Shown here: piece after piece, positions 54,539-64,000 of the stretch
Position numbering within the stretch: the first letter of the stretch is position 1
Layout of the letters: each line of letters starts with the position of its first letter
Origin: Eledone cirrhosa
Taxonomy: Eukaryota
NCBI GenBank assembly: GCA_964016885.1
Contig: OZ024740.1
Location: 173,104,001-173,168,000, forward strand
DNA length: 64,000 nucleotides
Direction: 5' to 3'
Made by a program: the position numbers and the translations under genes
Notes under the pieces: model-generated
What the model saw: the letters and a program-made list of their open reading frames with translations, nothing else
What the model was told of the DNA's origin: nothing
Databases searched by the model: none

Positions 54539-56212
54539 ATGGATGTGGTGTCACTGTACCCATCCATTAACATTGATTTTGCTGTGAAAAGATGTGTGGA
54601 GATGATCATTGAGAGTGAGGTGGAGTTCTGCGACGTCGACACAGACGAACTGGGCCTCCTACTTAGACTTACCTACGACACTGACTACCTAGACAGCCAT
54701 GACCTTAGATGTTTCTGCCCTAGTAGACCTATAAGAGGTAGACCCCCCACCATAACCTCAATGGCTAAAAAGACTCCCATAGGAAGGTGGATTGGGTGGA
54801 CCAAAGCTATACGGACCCCCCAAAACACTGATCAGGTAAGAAAAATGGTCGCACATGCAATAGGGGCTAGTATCAAAACTACCCTAAAGGGCCACATATT
54901 TAAGTTCAATGAGAAAATCTACACCCAAAATGAGGGAGCAGCCATCGGCGTCAGCATAGCTGGCGATGTTGCCAACCTTTTCATGGTATGGTGGGAAAGG
55001 AGACTTAAAGATCTCCTTAATGAAAGCTCCATAGACCTCATCATGTACTCTCGTTATGTAGACGATATCAATATAGTTATAAGAACACCCCCACTAGAGA
55101 GCACTAACAAGTTTGATTTAGAACGTAGCACGATGGAAAGCATCCAGCAGATAGCTAATTCCATACACCAGAGTATAACTGTAACTATAGACTTCCCTTC
55201 CAAACACCCTAACAATAGACTACCTGTATTAGACACAGAACTCTGGATTAACACTATAGACGAGAGAGTCCAAATTCTCCACTCACACTATGCTAAACCC
55301 ATGGCCTCCAAATACCTGATACTCAAAAACTCAGCAATGTCCAGTAGTGCTAAGTTTAATATTCTGATCGCAGATTTGGTACGAGTGATGAAGAATGTGT
55401 CCAGCATGTGCGACCCAACAGAAATGGAAGGACACATCCAACACTTCATCAACCGCATGCAGTTCTCTGGCTACAACCAAAGAGACAGAGTCAGAGTATA
55501 CGAAGGAGCCATGGAAAAGTATAAGACCCTCATAGAACTGGACATGAAAGGAATTTGCCCACTATACAGGAGCAAATCATGGAATAGCTTAGATAGGGCT
55601 AGACATAAGATAGGGAAGGCCACATCATGGTACGACAACCAGAGATATCAGAGTGTCATGTTTGTGGACGCCACCCCTGGAGGGAAATTAGCTAACCAGT
55701 GTAGAAAGGCCCTGAGAAAGACCCACTTAAAAATAAAGGTGGTAGAAAAGCCAGGAACCACCATAAAATCCCTGATCAGCAAAACCTACCCTTTTAAGAA
55801 AACCCACTGTACCAATAGGAAATGTATCATATGTAAGGTGAACCCCCGGATAAACTGTAAAACTAGAAACGTAGTCTATAGCATAAGATGTACAGAGGGT
55901 ACTTGCAGAAACACGACAACAACATACATAGGTGAGACAGCTCGTAGCATAGGTGAAAGGATAGACCAACACTGGGGGGAACTAAAAGGACGAAAAAACG
56001 GGTCAGTACTATACGAACATGCTAGACAACATCATGACGGTAACATAGACAACATAGAAATTAGAATAATATCTAAACATAGGAATGACCCAGCAGATAG
56101 GCAAATCAGAGAGGCCAGTGAAATAGAAATTAGAAGACCAAAGCTAAACAGAAAGAATGAGTGGAACAACAACAACACCCAAACAAACAACACTGACCTA
56201 AGAGAAGTATAA
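54539..56212 (+). CDS. PLE RT + GIY-YIG endonuclease, N-terminally truncated
   Basis: MDVVSLYPSI, QNEGAAIG, RYVDD, LPVLD, VVYSIRC...YIGETAR...QH, LNRKNEW. Confidence 0.85.
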   Translation: MDVVSLYPSINIDFAVKRCVEMIIESEVEFCDVDTDELGLLLRLTYDTDYLDSHDLRCFCPSRPIRGRPPTITSMAKKTPIGRWIGWTKAIRTPQNTDQVRKMVAHAIGASIKTTLKGHIFKFNEKIYTQNEGAAIGVSIAGDVANLFMVWWERRLKDLLNESSIDLIMYSRYVDDINIVIRTPPLESTNKFDLERSTMESIQQIANSIHQSITVTIDFPSKHPNNRLPVLDTELWINTIDERVQILHSHYAKPMASKYLILKNSAMSSSAKFNILIADLVRVMKNVSSMCDPTEMEGHIQHFINRMQFSGYNQRDRVRVYEGAMEKYKTLIELDMKGICPLYRSKSWNSLDRARHKIGKATSWYDNQRYQSVMFVDATPGGKLANQCRKALRKTHLKIKVVEKPGTTIKSLISKTYPFKKTHCTNRKCIICKVNPRINCKTRNVVYSIRCTEGTCRNTTTTYIGETARSIGERIDQHWGELKGRKNGSVLYEHARQHHDGNIDNIEIRIISKHRNDPADRQIREASEIEIRRPKLNRKNEWNNNNTQTNNTDLREV

Positions 56213-56483
56213 ATAAATAAGTAAATTAAATTAAATAAAATAAGATAAATAAATACATACACAAGCACATAAACACACACTAGTCACCCAGCAGACACAA
56301 CACTATACACACTAGTCACACATCACACATAACACTATACACACACGCAAACTCATGCGCAAAGAAGACAAAATAAAATAAGATAAACAAACAAGCAAAT
56401 AAATAAATAAATATATAGACAGACTGAACAAAAAAATGGCGTAGACATACAACACAACAGGAGGAACAATGAATATAACACCA

Positions 56484-56526
56484 CTGACGATGTTGCAGAT
56501 GTGCAACGAAAGATTTATGTAAACTA
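56484..56526 (+). ncRNA. Hammerhead core (stem I unclear)
   Basis: CTGACGA-T-GTTGCA GATG TGCAAC-GAAA-G...CTA. Confidence 0.55.
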
Positions 56527-56730
56527 TATATATATGTGTTTGTCTATATTGTATCTGTATTATTTTTGACCGCCGGTCAGTCAATGGCAACATTGAGGAC
56601 CGAGTAAGTTAGATCGCAGATATATATATATAAAAGACAGCGAGAAGCAAAAACCAACCAAACAGTGAGTGTGTTCTGTTATTAATTCTGGCAATATTAC
56701 GCAAATATGACCCTCCCCAAATATAACAAT

Positions 56731-56790
<60 letters not shown>

Positions 56791-56796
<6 letters not shown>

Positions 56797-56955
56797 TTCT
56801 ACAGGACTAGAACTGTTTCATTCTTTAGATGATTTCTAAAGAATGAAACAGTTCTAGCCCTGTAGAATCTCATCTATATTAAAACTTTTATACTCTGCAA
56901 TGTATTGAGAACCTTACTTACTGTGGTTACCTCCGATTCAACCCGGAATAACGTA

Positions 56956-56960
<5 letters not shown>
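56791..56960. mobile_element. Fold-back PLE pseudo-LTR head fragment
   Basis: Palindrome 56791-56873 centred on a hammerhead remnant; homologous to 6008-6135. Confidence 0.7.
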
Positions 56961-56989
<29 letters not shown>

Positions 56990-56995
<6 letters not shown>

Positions 56996-57470
56996 TAAGA
57001 TCAAAAGATGGTTAAAGGAGTTCCATATATTTTATTATGCGCATTTCAAAAACAAACATCATCAAGCAATAATATTTGTGTTTTCATCAGATAAAACAGG
57101 AGAACATGATATGAAGGCTAAAAAACACTTGTTGATAGTGCAGTTTTAAATCAACATATGAAAAGTGGTTTTAGATTGATGTGTGATATTGGAAAAAATA
57201 TTTTATTTAGAGAGGGGGGGGGGAGGATGAAAAGGGAAGGAGATGAGAGGGAGAGATGGGTGATAGAGAGAAAGAGATAGTTTTTATAACTGAGAGGAGA
57301 TATATTTTTTACATAGAGGGGTTGAAAACCGTTGGAAGATACTGTATAAATTAAAAATTTTGAAAATTAACGAAGGGAGGATATGTGCGAGGAAAAAATA
57401 TTTTATTTAGGGAGGGGGGGTGGAATATCTGCATTGCTTTATTGTACTACAATAAAACGCACCTCCTACA
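56990..57470 (-). mobile_element. Diverged solo pseudo-LTR of the 25-29.8 kb PLE family, with HHR at 57028-57098 and a short inverted head
   Basis: Colinear with 25015-25440; 57425-57470 matches 26117-26162. Confidence 0.78.
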
Positions 57471-57657
57471 TATATATATATATATATATATTTATTTATT
57501 TATTTATATATATTTATTTATTTAATTATATATATATATATTTATTCATTTAATCATCATATATTGCAAACGAATCGAATGTTATTAATATTCGAAAAAC
57601 TCAGATTACATTTATTGTATTCAGCCATGTAGAGAGAAACATTTTTTTATATATATG

Positions 57658-57707
<50 letters not shown>

Positions 57708-57914
57708 AAACCGCTGGCGTCGCGGTCGATTTTATACCTCTCTATACCCAACCTACATCTCGTGCATTGAGTACACCCATGATTTATTTGTAGTCTCCCC
57801 CGTCTCAGTACTGCAGTCTCTCTCTCCTTTTATATATATATGTGTGTGTAACGGAAATATTCAATGGGAGACTACTCTAACCCACACATATTATTTCCCT
57901 TGCGACGGCTGCGA

Positions 57915-58110
57915 AGGGCGGTGATTGGCAGTATCGGCAGAGGGTCGGACGCCATGCTTTGCCCGCAAAGAGTTACGGCCCTTTATGGTCTGAGTTCAAA
58001 TCCCGTCGAGGTTAACTTTGTCTTTCATCCTTACGGGGTCGATAAAATAAAGTACCAGTAATACACTGGGATAATTGCTGGCCTTGTGCCAAAAGTAGAA
58101 ACTATTATTT
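57915..58110 (+). mobile_element. Full-length tRNA-derived SINE
   Basis: GC-rich head with A-box-like TGGCAGTATCGG and B-box-like GAGTTCAAATCC; core CTTTCATCCTTACGGGGTCGATAAAATAAAGTACCAG resembles Deu/Nin-type SINE domains (recall); several copies in the window. Confidence 0.78.
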
Positions 58111-60639
58111 CCCTTACGACGTATTTTCTGTTTATGAATTATATTAAATACTTTGAATGAAAGACGTGTGTCTTTGTAGTTAAAAATACCTCATGAGTAT
58201 AATATTTAAATTTAAATGTTATACATTATGAATAAGATACTATAAATAAGACTAAACAAAATAAATACAAGCTTTAGAATTAGAAATACAACCTGGGGTA
58301 CTAAAGTATTTTGCAACGAAATAGCGAACGTGTGTTTAATATAATTAAGCGGAAATTGTTGAAACAAAAGTATAGTGAGAACAAGTGGGCTTTGAACCTA
58401 ATTCTTCCAGTAAGACTATTTGCTTTTCTTTCATTTTTTTTTTTTTTTAGGGTGATGTTTTCGTGGACAATACGGTAGAAGCTCTTGTCGCATTCAAGTA
58501 TCCACCTTTAGTTTCCGCCTAGCACCCAGCTCTTACATGTGGCTTCACGAAACTGTTTCATGTGCAGCAGTCACACCTCTACCAACAGATTTGACAGGCA
58601 GAATAAATCAAGTAAGTGCTGCTGTAGGGTGGAATTTGAATTTGGCTGCTATTTCCAGCAAATTCAGAAATCACGTAGAAGTTCCCTGGTTAGTGAGAAA
58701 ATAGCGAAATGTTTCCTTTTTTAAATATCAACACATAAAGTCACAAATAGAAATTATCAACAGCAGTAACGTGAAGACTGTAAAGTGTAAGCTTATAGAA
58801 AAATTATATATAACATTCATGGTTTTTTGGGGATTTTTTTGTATATCTATAGCTGTATTGTCCAATATCACATTAGCAGTTCATATCACCGAGTAGAGAC
58901 CATCATAATTTTTTTTTTGTCGGCAGGGGACATAAAACGCCATATTTTATGGGAGAGAACAGTCGATTAGATCGTTAATCGAACTCAAAACATAAAGGGA
59001 CATAACTAAAAACCACCAGGTATTTTGTCCGACACACACCTGCTTTTCCGGTGACTCTGTAGCAGTTGTTTAGTTTCATGTCGGTCCTGATCAAGCAGGT
59101 TTACGATCAAAAGCATTCCAGCTTTAAGCATCCCATTTTATTTTATTCTATTTTTTTTTTATGCATAGTGCACTCTGGACTACTTTATTCGATGTCTTCT
59201 ATATTTATTATGAAAACGTGATTTCAGAAAAATTTAACTATTATGTCTAGCAGATCAAACGGCCATGTTAATGTCCCCTCGTTGGCTCGTTGATTATTTT
59301 GTTGGTTGAATATGTGATGGCAGTGTAAAAAATACGCAAGGGTGAGTGGAGGGAAATGTGTAATCAGCAAGTGCTCGGAATACATTTGACCTGCTTCGCA
59401 AATTTCCCCTGACACCGTTTAACTCTTGTGTCGGTAATTTTGTCCCTCCTTTAATAAGTTTTTCATTTAGTTTCTCCCCCAACAAAATTTACTTCAGTGG
59501 GATACAATGAAGTAGTTGACTACCTTGTAGTCAAATAAGAACAAACAATAAGCTTTTAAACACAAAAGAAAAAGAAATAAACAGCTGGCTGTTTAAAAAA
59601 CAACAATTACTATAACAAACAAAATACAATTTTTAAGACTGGTTCCCATGATAAATGGTAAAGTGTATCTACATTCTAATAATGCATGCAGCATGTTTCT
59701 TAGATTAAGTGACTGACTTTTCAACTTTAAAACAATGATCTTTGTTTTATTTTCATTCGAAAGATCTGTTTTGTTTATAATAATGATGCTGACTATTAAA
59801 ATTTATTGATCAATGAGAAAACTTTTTAAAAGTTATTTATTCATGCTGTTCCCGTATCTGATACATGTATAAATGGGAGGATACACTATAAGCTGTTCGC
59901 TAATCTATTGCTTGCTTTGAGTTACATTCAAACTTTTGATACACTTGTATGGTTGCCGTTAGAAAATACAGACACTTTAAAGAGTTCTTTCAATAAAATT
60001 CCCAGACACACGTTTACATGCACCAGCAAAGTATAGTATATAGTATTATTGTCTATCATTTTTTAACTATTCTTTAAATTTATGTGTCAAAGTAGTTTCG
60101 ATACATATCTGTTCATTTTCTTTTCTTTTTTTATACATTCTATATTATTTTGTTATGGAGTTAATGCTTTCAACTGAAAAATGTTTAACCATTGTGTATA
60201 TCTGTTCTTCGTTTTCATCCGGAATCGATAGCATATATTGAGCTTTTCGTATTTAACCGGAAATATTTTAGAAGTGTCAAGCAGTGTCTTTAGGGACTAG
60301 GTTGGTAGTTCAGATAGGAAGACTCCTGGCGGGAAAAAAAGCAAATATATAGGCCCTTTAGTTTTATCTTTTCCATTATTTACACAGATACATGACGAGT
60401 AAATGAAAATACATATTGCTGCATTGAGTATGACGGTTTATACTTTTGGCATTAAACTTTCGATCTTTATAACTTCATACATTGTTATCTTAGAAAAATG
60501 TTTAAAATTACCAATTATCAGATCGGACAAAAAAAACTATTTCATTGCTGTACCTCTCTGCCTGTTGCACCTCCCGGTAGAAGGAGTCAGGATTTAAAAT
60601 CAGAACCGGATTAGATACCGAATCTTTAACAGTTCCGCC

Positions 60640-60760
60640 AATCCACCTTATCGACCTCGAAAGGATGAAAGGCAATTTTGAATTTGAACTCAGTGTAGAG
60701 AGCCACAACAAATACCGAGGCATTTAATCCCACGCTCTAACGACTGCCAATTCGCCTCTT
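60640..60760 (-). mobile_element. Decayed SINE copy (further fragments at ~61500-61710 and ~62790-62836)
   Basis: TTATCGACCTCGAAAGGATGAAAGGCAA...TTTGAACTCAG. Confidence 0.6.
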
Positions 60761-61094
60761 TGTCTAAAATAATACATTATAGTCATTGATCATATATATA
60801 CCCACTAAATATGACATTACATGTCTAGAACTTAATATGTAGTGAAACTTAACAGATATTCCACCACCACCCCTCCCTCATTCCTACAGGTATCCAGATT
60901 TATTATAGAGAGTACACAGAGGGAGACAGGTGGGAATTTTATTTATTTATTTATTTATTTATTTGACTTGTGCATTTACCTGTTTCATTACAGTAGGTAT
61001 ATTCACATGTCACTGAAATATAATTTAAAGGTTACAAGCCAATATGCATTGAATTTATAGCAAAGTCCTATTTTAGGATGTCATTGAAATATTT

Positions 61095-61270
61095 GCACAT
61101 TTATTTCTGGGAGGGTTGTAAGAGCAGTGTCCACAGATACTCCTATCAGAAGCAACCGGCTTTATGGATGCTATACAACTATCTTGCTCTGAGTCTCCTG
61201 CCGGTTGGCTTTGCCCGTAAAATCTGTCTAATGATTCTTTCCTGAGACATTCTAACCACAGTATCATTGA
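61095..61270 (-). mobile_element. 3' fragment of an RTE-type LINE
   Basis: Minus frame VVRMSQERIIRQILRAKPTGRRLRAR resembles the RTE C-terminal RM..ER....L...P.G.R..GR motif. Confidence 0.5.
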
Positions 61271-62395
61271 AATGAAAATGAAATTTCCGAGTGGAAAATT
61301 GAAAACTGGAATGTGAATAAAAAATGCCTTCTGTTTCTGTATACAGAACGAAATGTGCTTTATTTATGTAATAGCATCCTTATCATTATCATCATCGTTC
61401 ACCTGCAGTAGCAGACGGCCACAATCCTACTCCACAGATAACAGTTTTCATAATTAGTTGTGGTCTCGTAGTCGGGTGATGAGCCCTAACATTGGTAGAA
61501 TTTAAATCCTGAAGCGGAATTTGAACTCAGAACGCAAGGTTCCAGAACAGATACCGCATCTCGTCCAACAATACTAATTCCTCTATCCATTGTTGTTATT
61601 GATCACTCCCAAGTTTATGAAAGTTAAAGTTGACCTCGGCGGGATTTGAAGAGAGCCGGAACAAATATCAAAATATTCTATCTGACGGTCTAATTCTGCC
61701 AATTCGCTGCCTTGTTTTGAATAATGAAATATGCTTATTTTGTGTATACTGACTGTCACAAGAATAGCTACGTACTAACATTCTGCTTGTATACATATGT
61801 CTCTTCCAATGAAAGGGAAAGAACGAAATGTGAACACAATTCCCATTATATTTAGAATTTTCACAATTCAGACCTGTCAACTCTCCCCGTCCGACGGGGA
61901 GATCTCCCACCCACTTTAGGGTGAGTGAGAGATGTCTTCTCTTGTGAAAATGAGTATAGCTTTCATTATGTAAAATCTCCCCATTTTCCCCATTTCTACT
62001 CGTTTTGGAGCACTTTTTTCATGGTACTCCCCGTTTGGGTTTTTAGAGGTTGGCAGGTACCATATATGGAGAGAGAGATTTATATTCCATTACATTTAAC
62101 ACATTTTCACTGTATACAGAAACTAACTTTTTCCCATCGTTTCTGTTTTAATATTCCACCTCAGAATTCCCTTTCCAATTTAATAGAATCTTAAAATAGG
62201 ACCATGTCGAATTTGCATTAAAACTTTAAAGATTATGTAGATATAAAGATTATTACACTTGCCGTACTTAGTAGTATAATTAGCAGTATTTAACTCTGGC
62301 TACTGTTTTATCAAAATAAAGAAGTAATCAAAGTTTAATTACAAGATAAAACAGTAATACCTCATTATACACTTATTTTCAGAATCACATTCTGT

Positions 62396-62440
<45 letters not shown>

Positions 62441-62837
62441 GTGTGTGTATGTATGCGCACACACACACACACACACATATATATATGAGTTAGGAAAAAC
62501 ACTAAATTATAGGTGCACCAAGATATAGTAGTATCAGATTATCAGACAAAAGAGACATTATATATGGCAGATATGCAGGAGTACTTAGTATGTTGTACCA
62601 GTGAAATAAAATCCAATTTAAGGAATGCTTCATAGAAGTAGTTGATACCTTCTGTTACCTAGGTGAGCTAATAAGAAGTTGAGTAGTGTTCTCTGAAAAC
62701 AGTAATCAGAATGATAACAAGGTGGAAAAGGTACTACTCCTGTTAGCAAGGAGGGGATTTTTGGTAACAAAAAGTTTCATTATTTCTCAACCCCTAAATG
62801 ATGAAAATTAAAGTTGACCTGAGCAAGATTTGAACAA

Positions 62838-63290
62838 TCATCATCATCATCGTTTAAAGTCCATCTTCCACACTAGCATGGGTTTGGACGGGAATTTTCC
62901 CACTTGAGGCAAGATTGGTTGTCTTGCTCGTATAGGACTGTCTGGCGGGTTTTCTACGGCTGGATGCCCTTCCTAACACCAACCACGTTTACAGTGTGGA
63001 CTGGGAGGTTTTTACCGTGTTACCTACACGGCCACATTACAGCGTGGACTGTGTTTTTTTGTTGTGACACCTACATGACCTCATTTATTTAGGACTGGAT
63101 GTTGTGGTACCAACATAACTTTACATCGAAAGGGGTGGTGTGGATGGGGTGGGGTAGTGAGGCGGGGGTGTATTTTGGTTAAGAGGTGCCTAGCGATTGT
63201 AGGTTTCGCTTTGTACTTAGACAAGGCGGGTCTTCTGTATTACTGTGTAGCGCCAAACATCTCGGTCCAGTGACATTGTCTTGGAGAGGT
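62838..63290 (-). mobile_element. SINE/RTE-tail composite with (GAT)n tail
   Basis: (CAT)n on the plus strand; minus strand GTTAGGAAGGGCATCCAGCCGTAGAAA; RTE-like DRDVWRY..QKTR. Confidence 0.45.
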
Positions 63291-63674
63291 GTAAATGTGT
63301 GAGGTCGGAATTTATTACAATGTCAGTATAAATACCACAAAGCATTTTATTCAACACTTTAATAACTCTACCAAGTAGCCAACTAGTTTTATAAGGAGTT
63401 CTAATTCTTCTAGCTTTATTTTGATCCCTCCCCCCTTCCTGGCAGACTCCACCCTTCTCTAGATCTAACCACAGTTGATGCCTTCAAGTTGAGTTCAGTG
63501 AAATTTCAATGCAGAGTACTGGAACGATTACAACTCTACCAATCCACACTTTCTTAACCAACTATTATTGTAAGGAATTCTAAAGATATTCCACTAGAAA
63601 AAAATTCATGTAGTGTCAACTTTTTTTCCCTTCTACATTACTGTCACTCTACATTCCTTGCACTTGACTGCATG

Positions 63675-63875
63675 CAGGGCTGGATTATATTCAGTAGAAG
63701 CCATAAGCACTTAAAAGCTTATGGTGTGCCCCAATACATAAAGTCTACAAAGAAAAAGAAAGAAAAAAGAAATTTGTTTTGTAATGACAAATACATCTAA
63801 TTTGAATAAAATGATGCTCTTTTTCCATTGATGTTATAAGCATGTTTATTTTGCTTAATGGTTAATCCAGCCCTG
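63675..63875. mobile_element. hAT-type MITE
   Basis: 13-bp TIRs CAGGGCTGGATTA/TAATCCAGCCCTG; exact 8-bp TSD ACTGCATG at 63667-63674 and 63876-63883. Confidence 0.88.
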
Positions 63876-64000
63876 ACTGCATGCATAACTTTCTTACTTA
63901 TCCAACTACATGGTTTCAAATGTTCAAGAATTCACAAACTCACCATACTAATCCCTGAAAGAATCTTTCTAGAATATTGTTACTTCTTGTATGTTTTTTT

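Larger units (their letters stand above)
54516..56620 (+). mobile_element. 5'-truncated PLE of a fourth lineage, head-to-head with the Neptune-like copy
   Basis: 557-aa open frame followed by a non-coding pseudo-LTR with an HHR core. Confidence 0.85.

Noticed and set aside
56586-56602. GGCAACATTGAGGACCG resembles part of the HDV ribozyme sequence
   Set aside because: No P1/P2/P3 pseudoknot can be built; a simple hairpin explains it
60880-61125. Possible host micro-exons (AG...GT bounded short frames)
   Set aside because: Too short, no recognisable protein, and the second overlaps an RTE remnant

Overview
Eukaryotic, AT-rich DNA full of (TA)n and (CA)n microsatellites. The repeat content suggests an invertebrate, probably a cephalopod such as Octopus (inference). 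No host protein-coding gene can be supported, and most short ORFs in the track are microsatellite or antisense artefacts. The window is almost wholly transposable elements. At least eight Penelope-like elements (PLEs; RT plus GIY-YIG) of about four lineages are present, several with kb-scale inverted pseudo-LTRs. There are also two large Tx1/L1-clade LINEs, decayed RTE and R4/Dong LINEs, a near-intact DD37D (maT) Tc1/mariner, a 2.5-kb non-autonomous Helitron, MITEs and tRNA-derived SINEs. Read as RNA, it holds about 15-20 type I hammerhead ribozyme (HHR) motifs. Highlights: (1) two unrelated non-coding tandem arrays (327-bp and 416-bp units) with one HHR per unit, i.e. candidate retrozyme/circRNA systems, one with a U3-A8 covariant core; (2) a Neptune-like PLE with an extra ~437-codon upstream ORF joined to the RT frame by a U_UUU_UUA -1 slippery site; (3) a PLE RT with a ~70-aa insertion between motifs A and B'; (4) a shared ACUC/GAGU hairpin downstream of the HHR in several PLE families. 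All coordinates and pairings were read by eye; no searches or folding programs were run.
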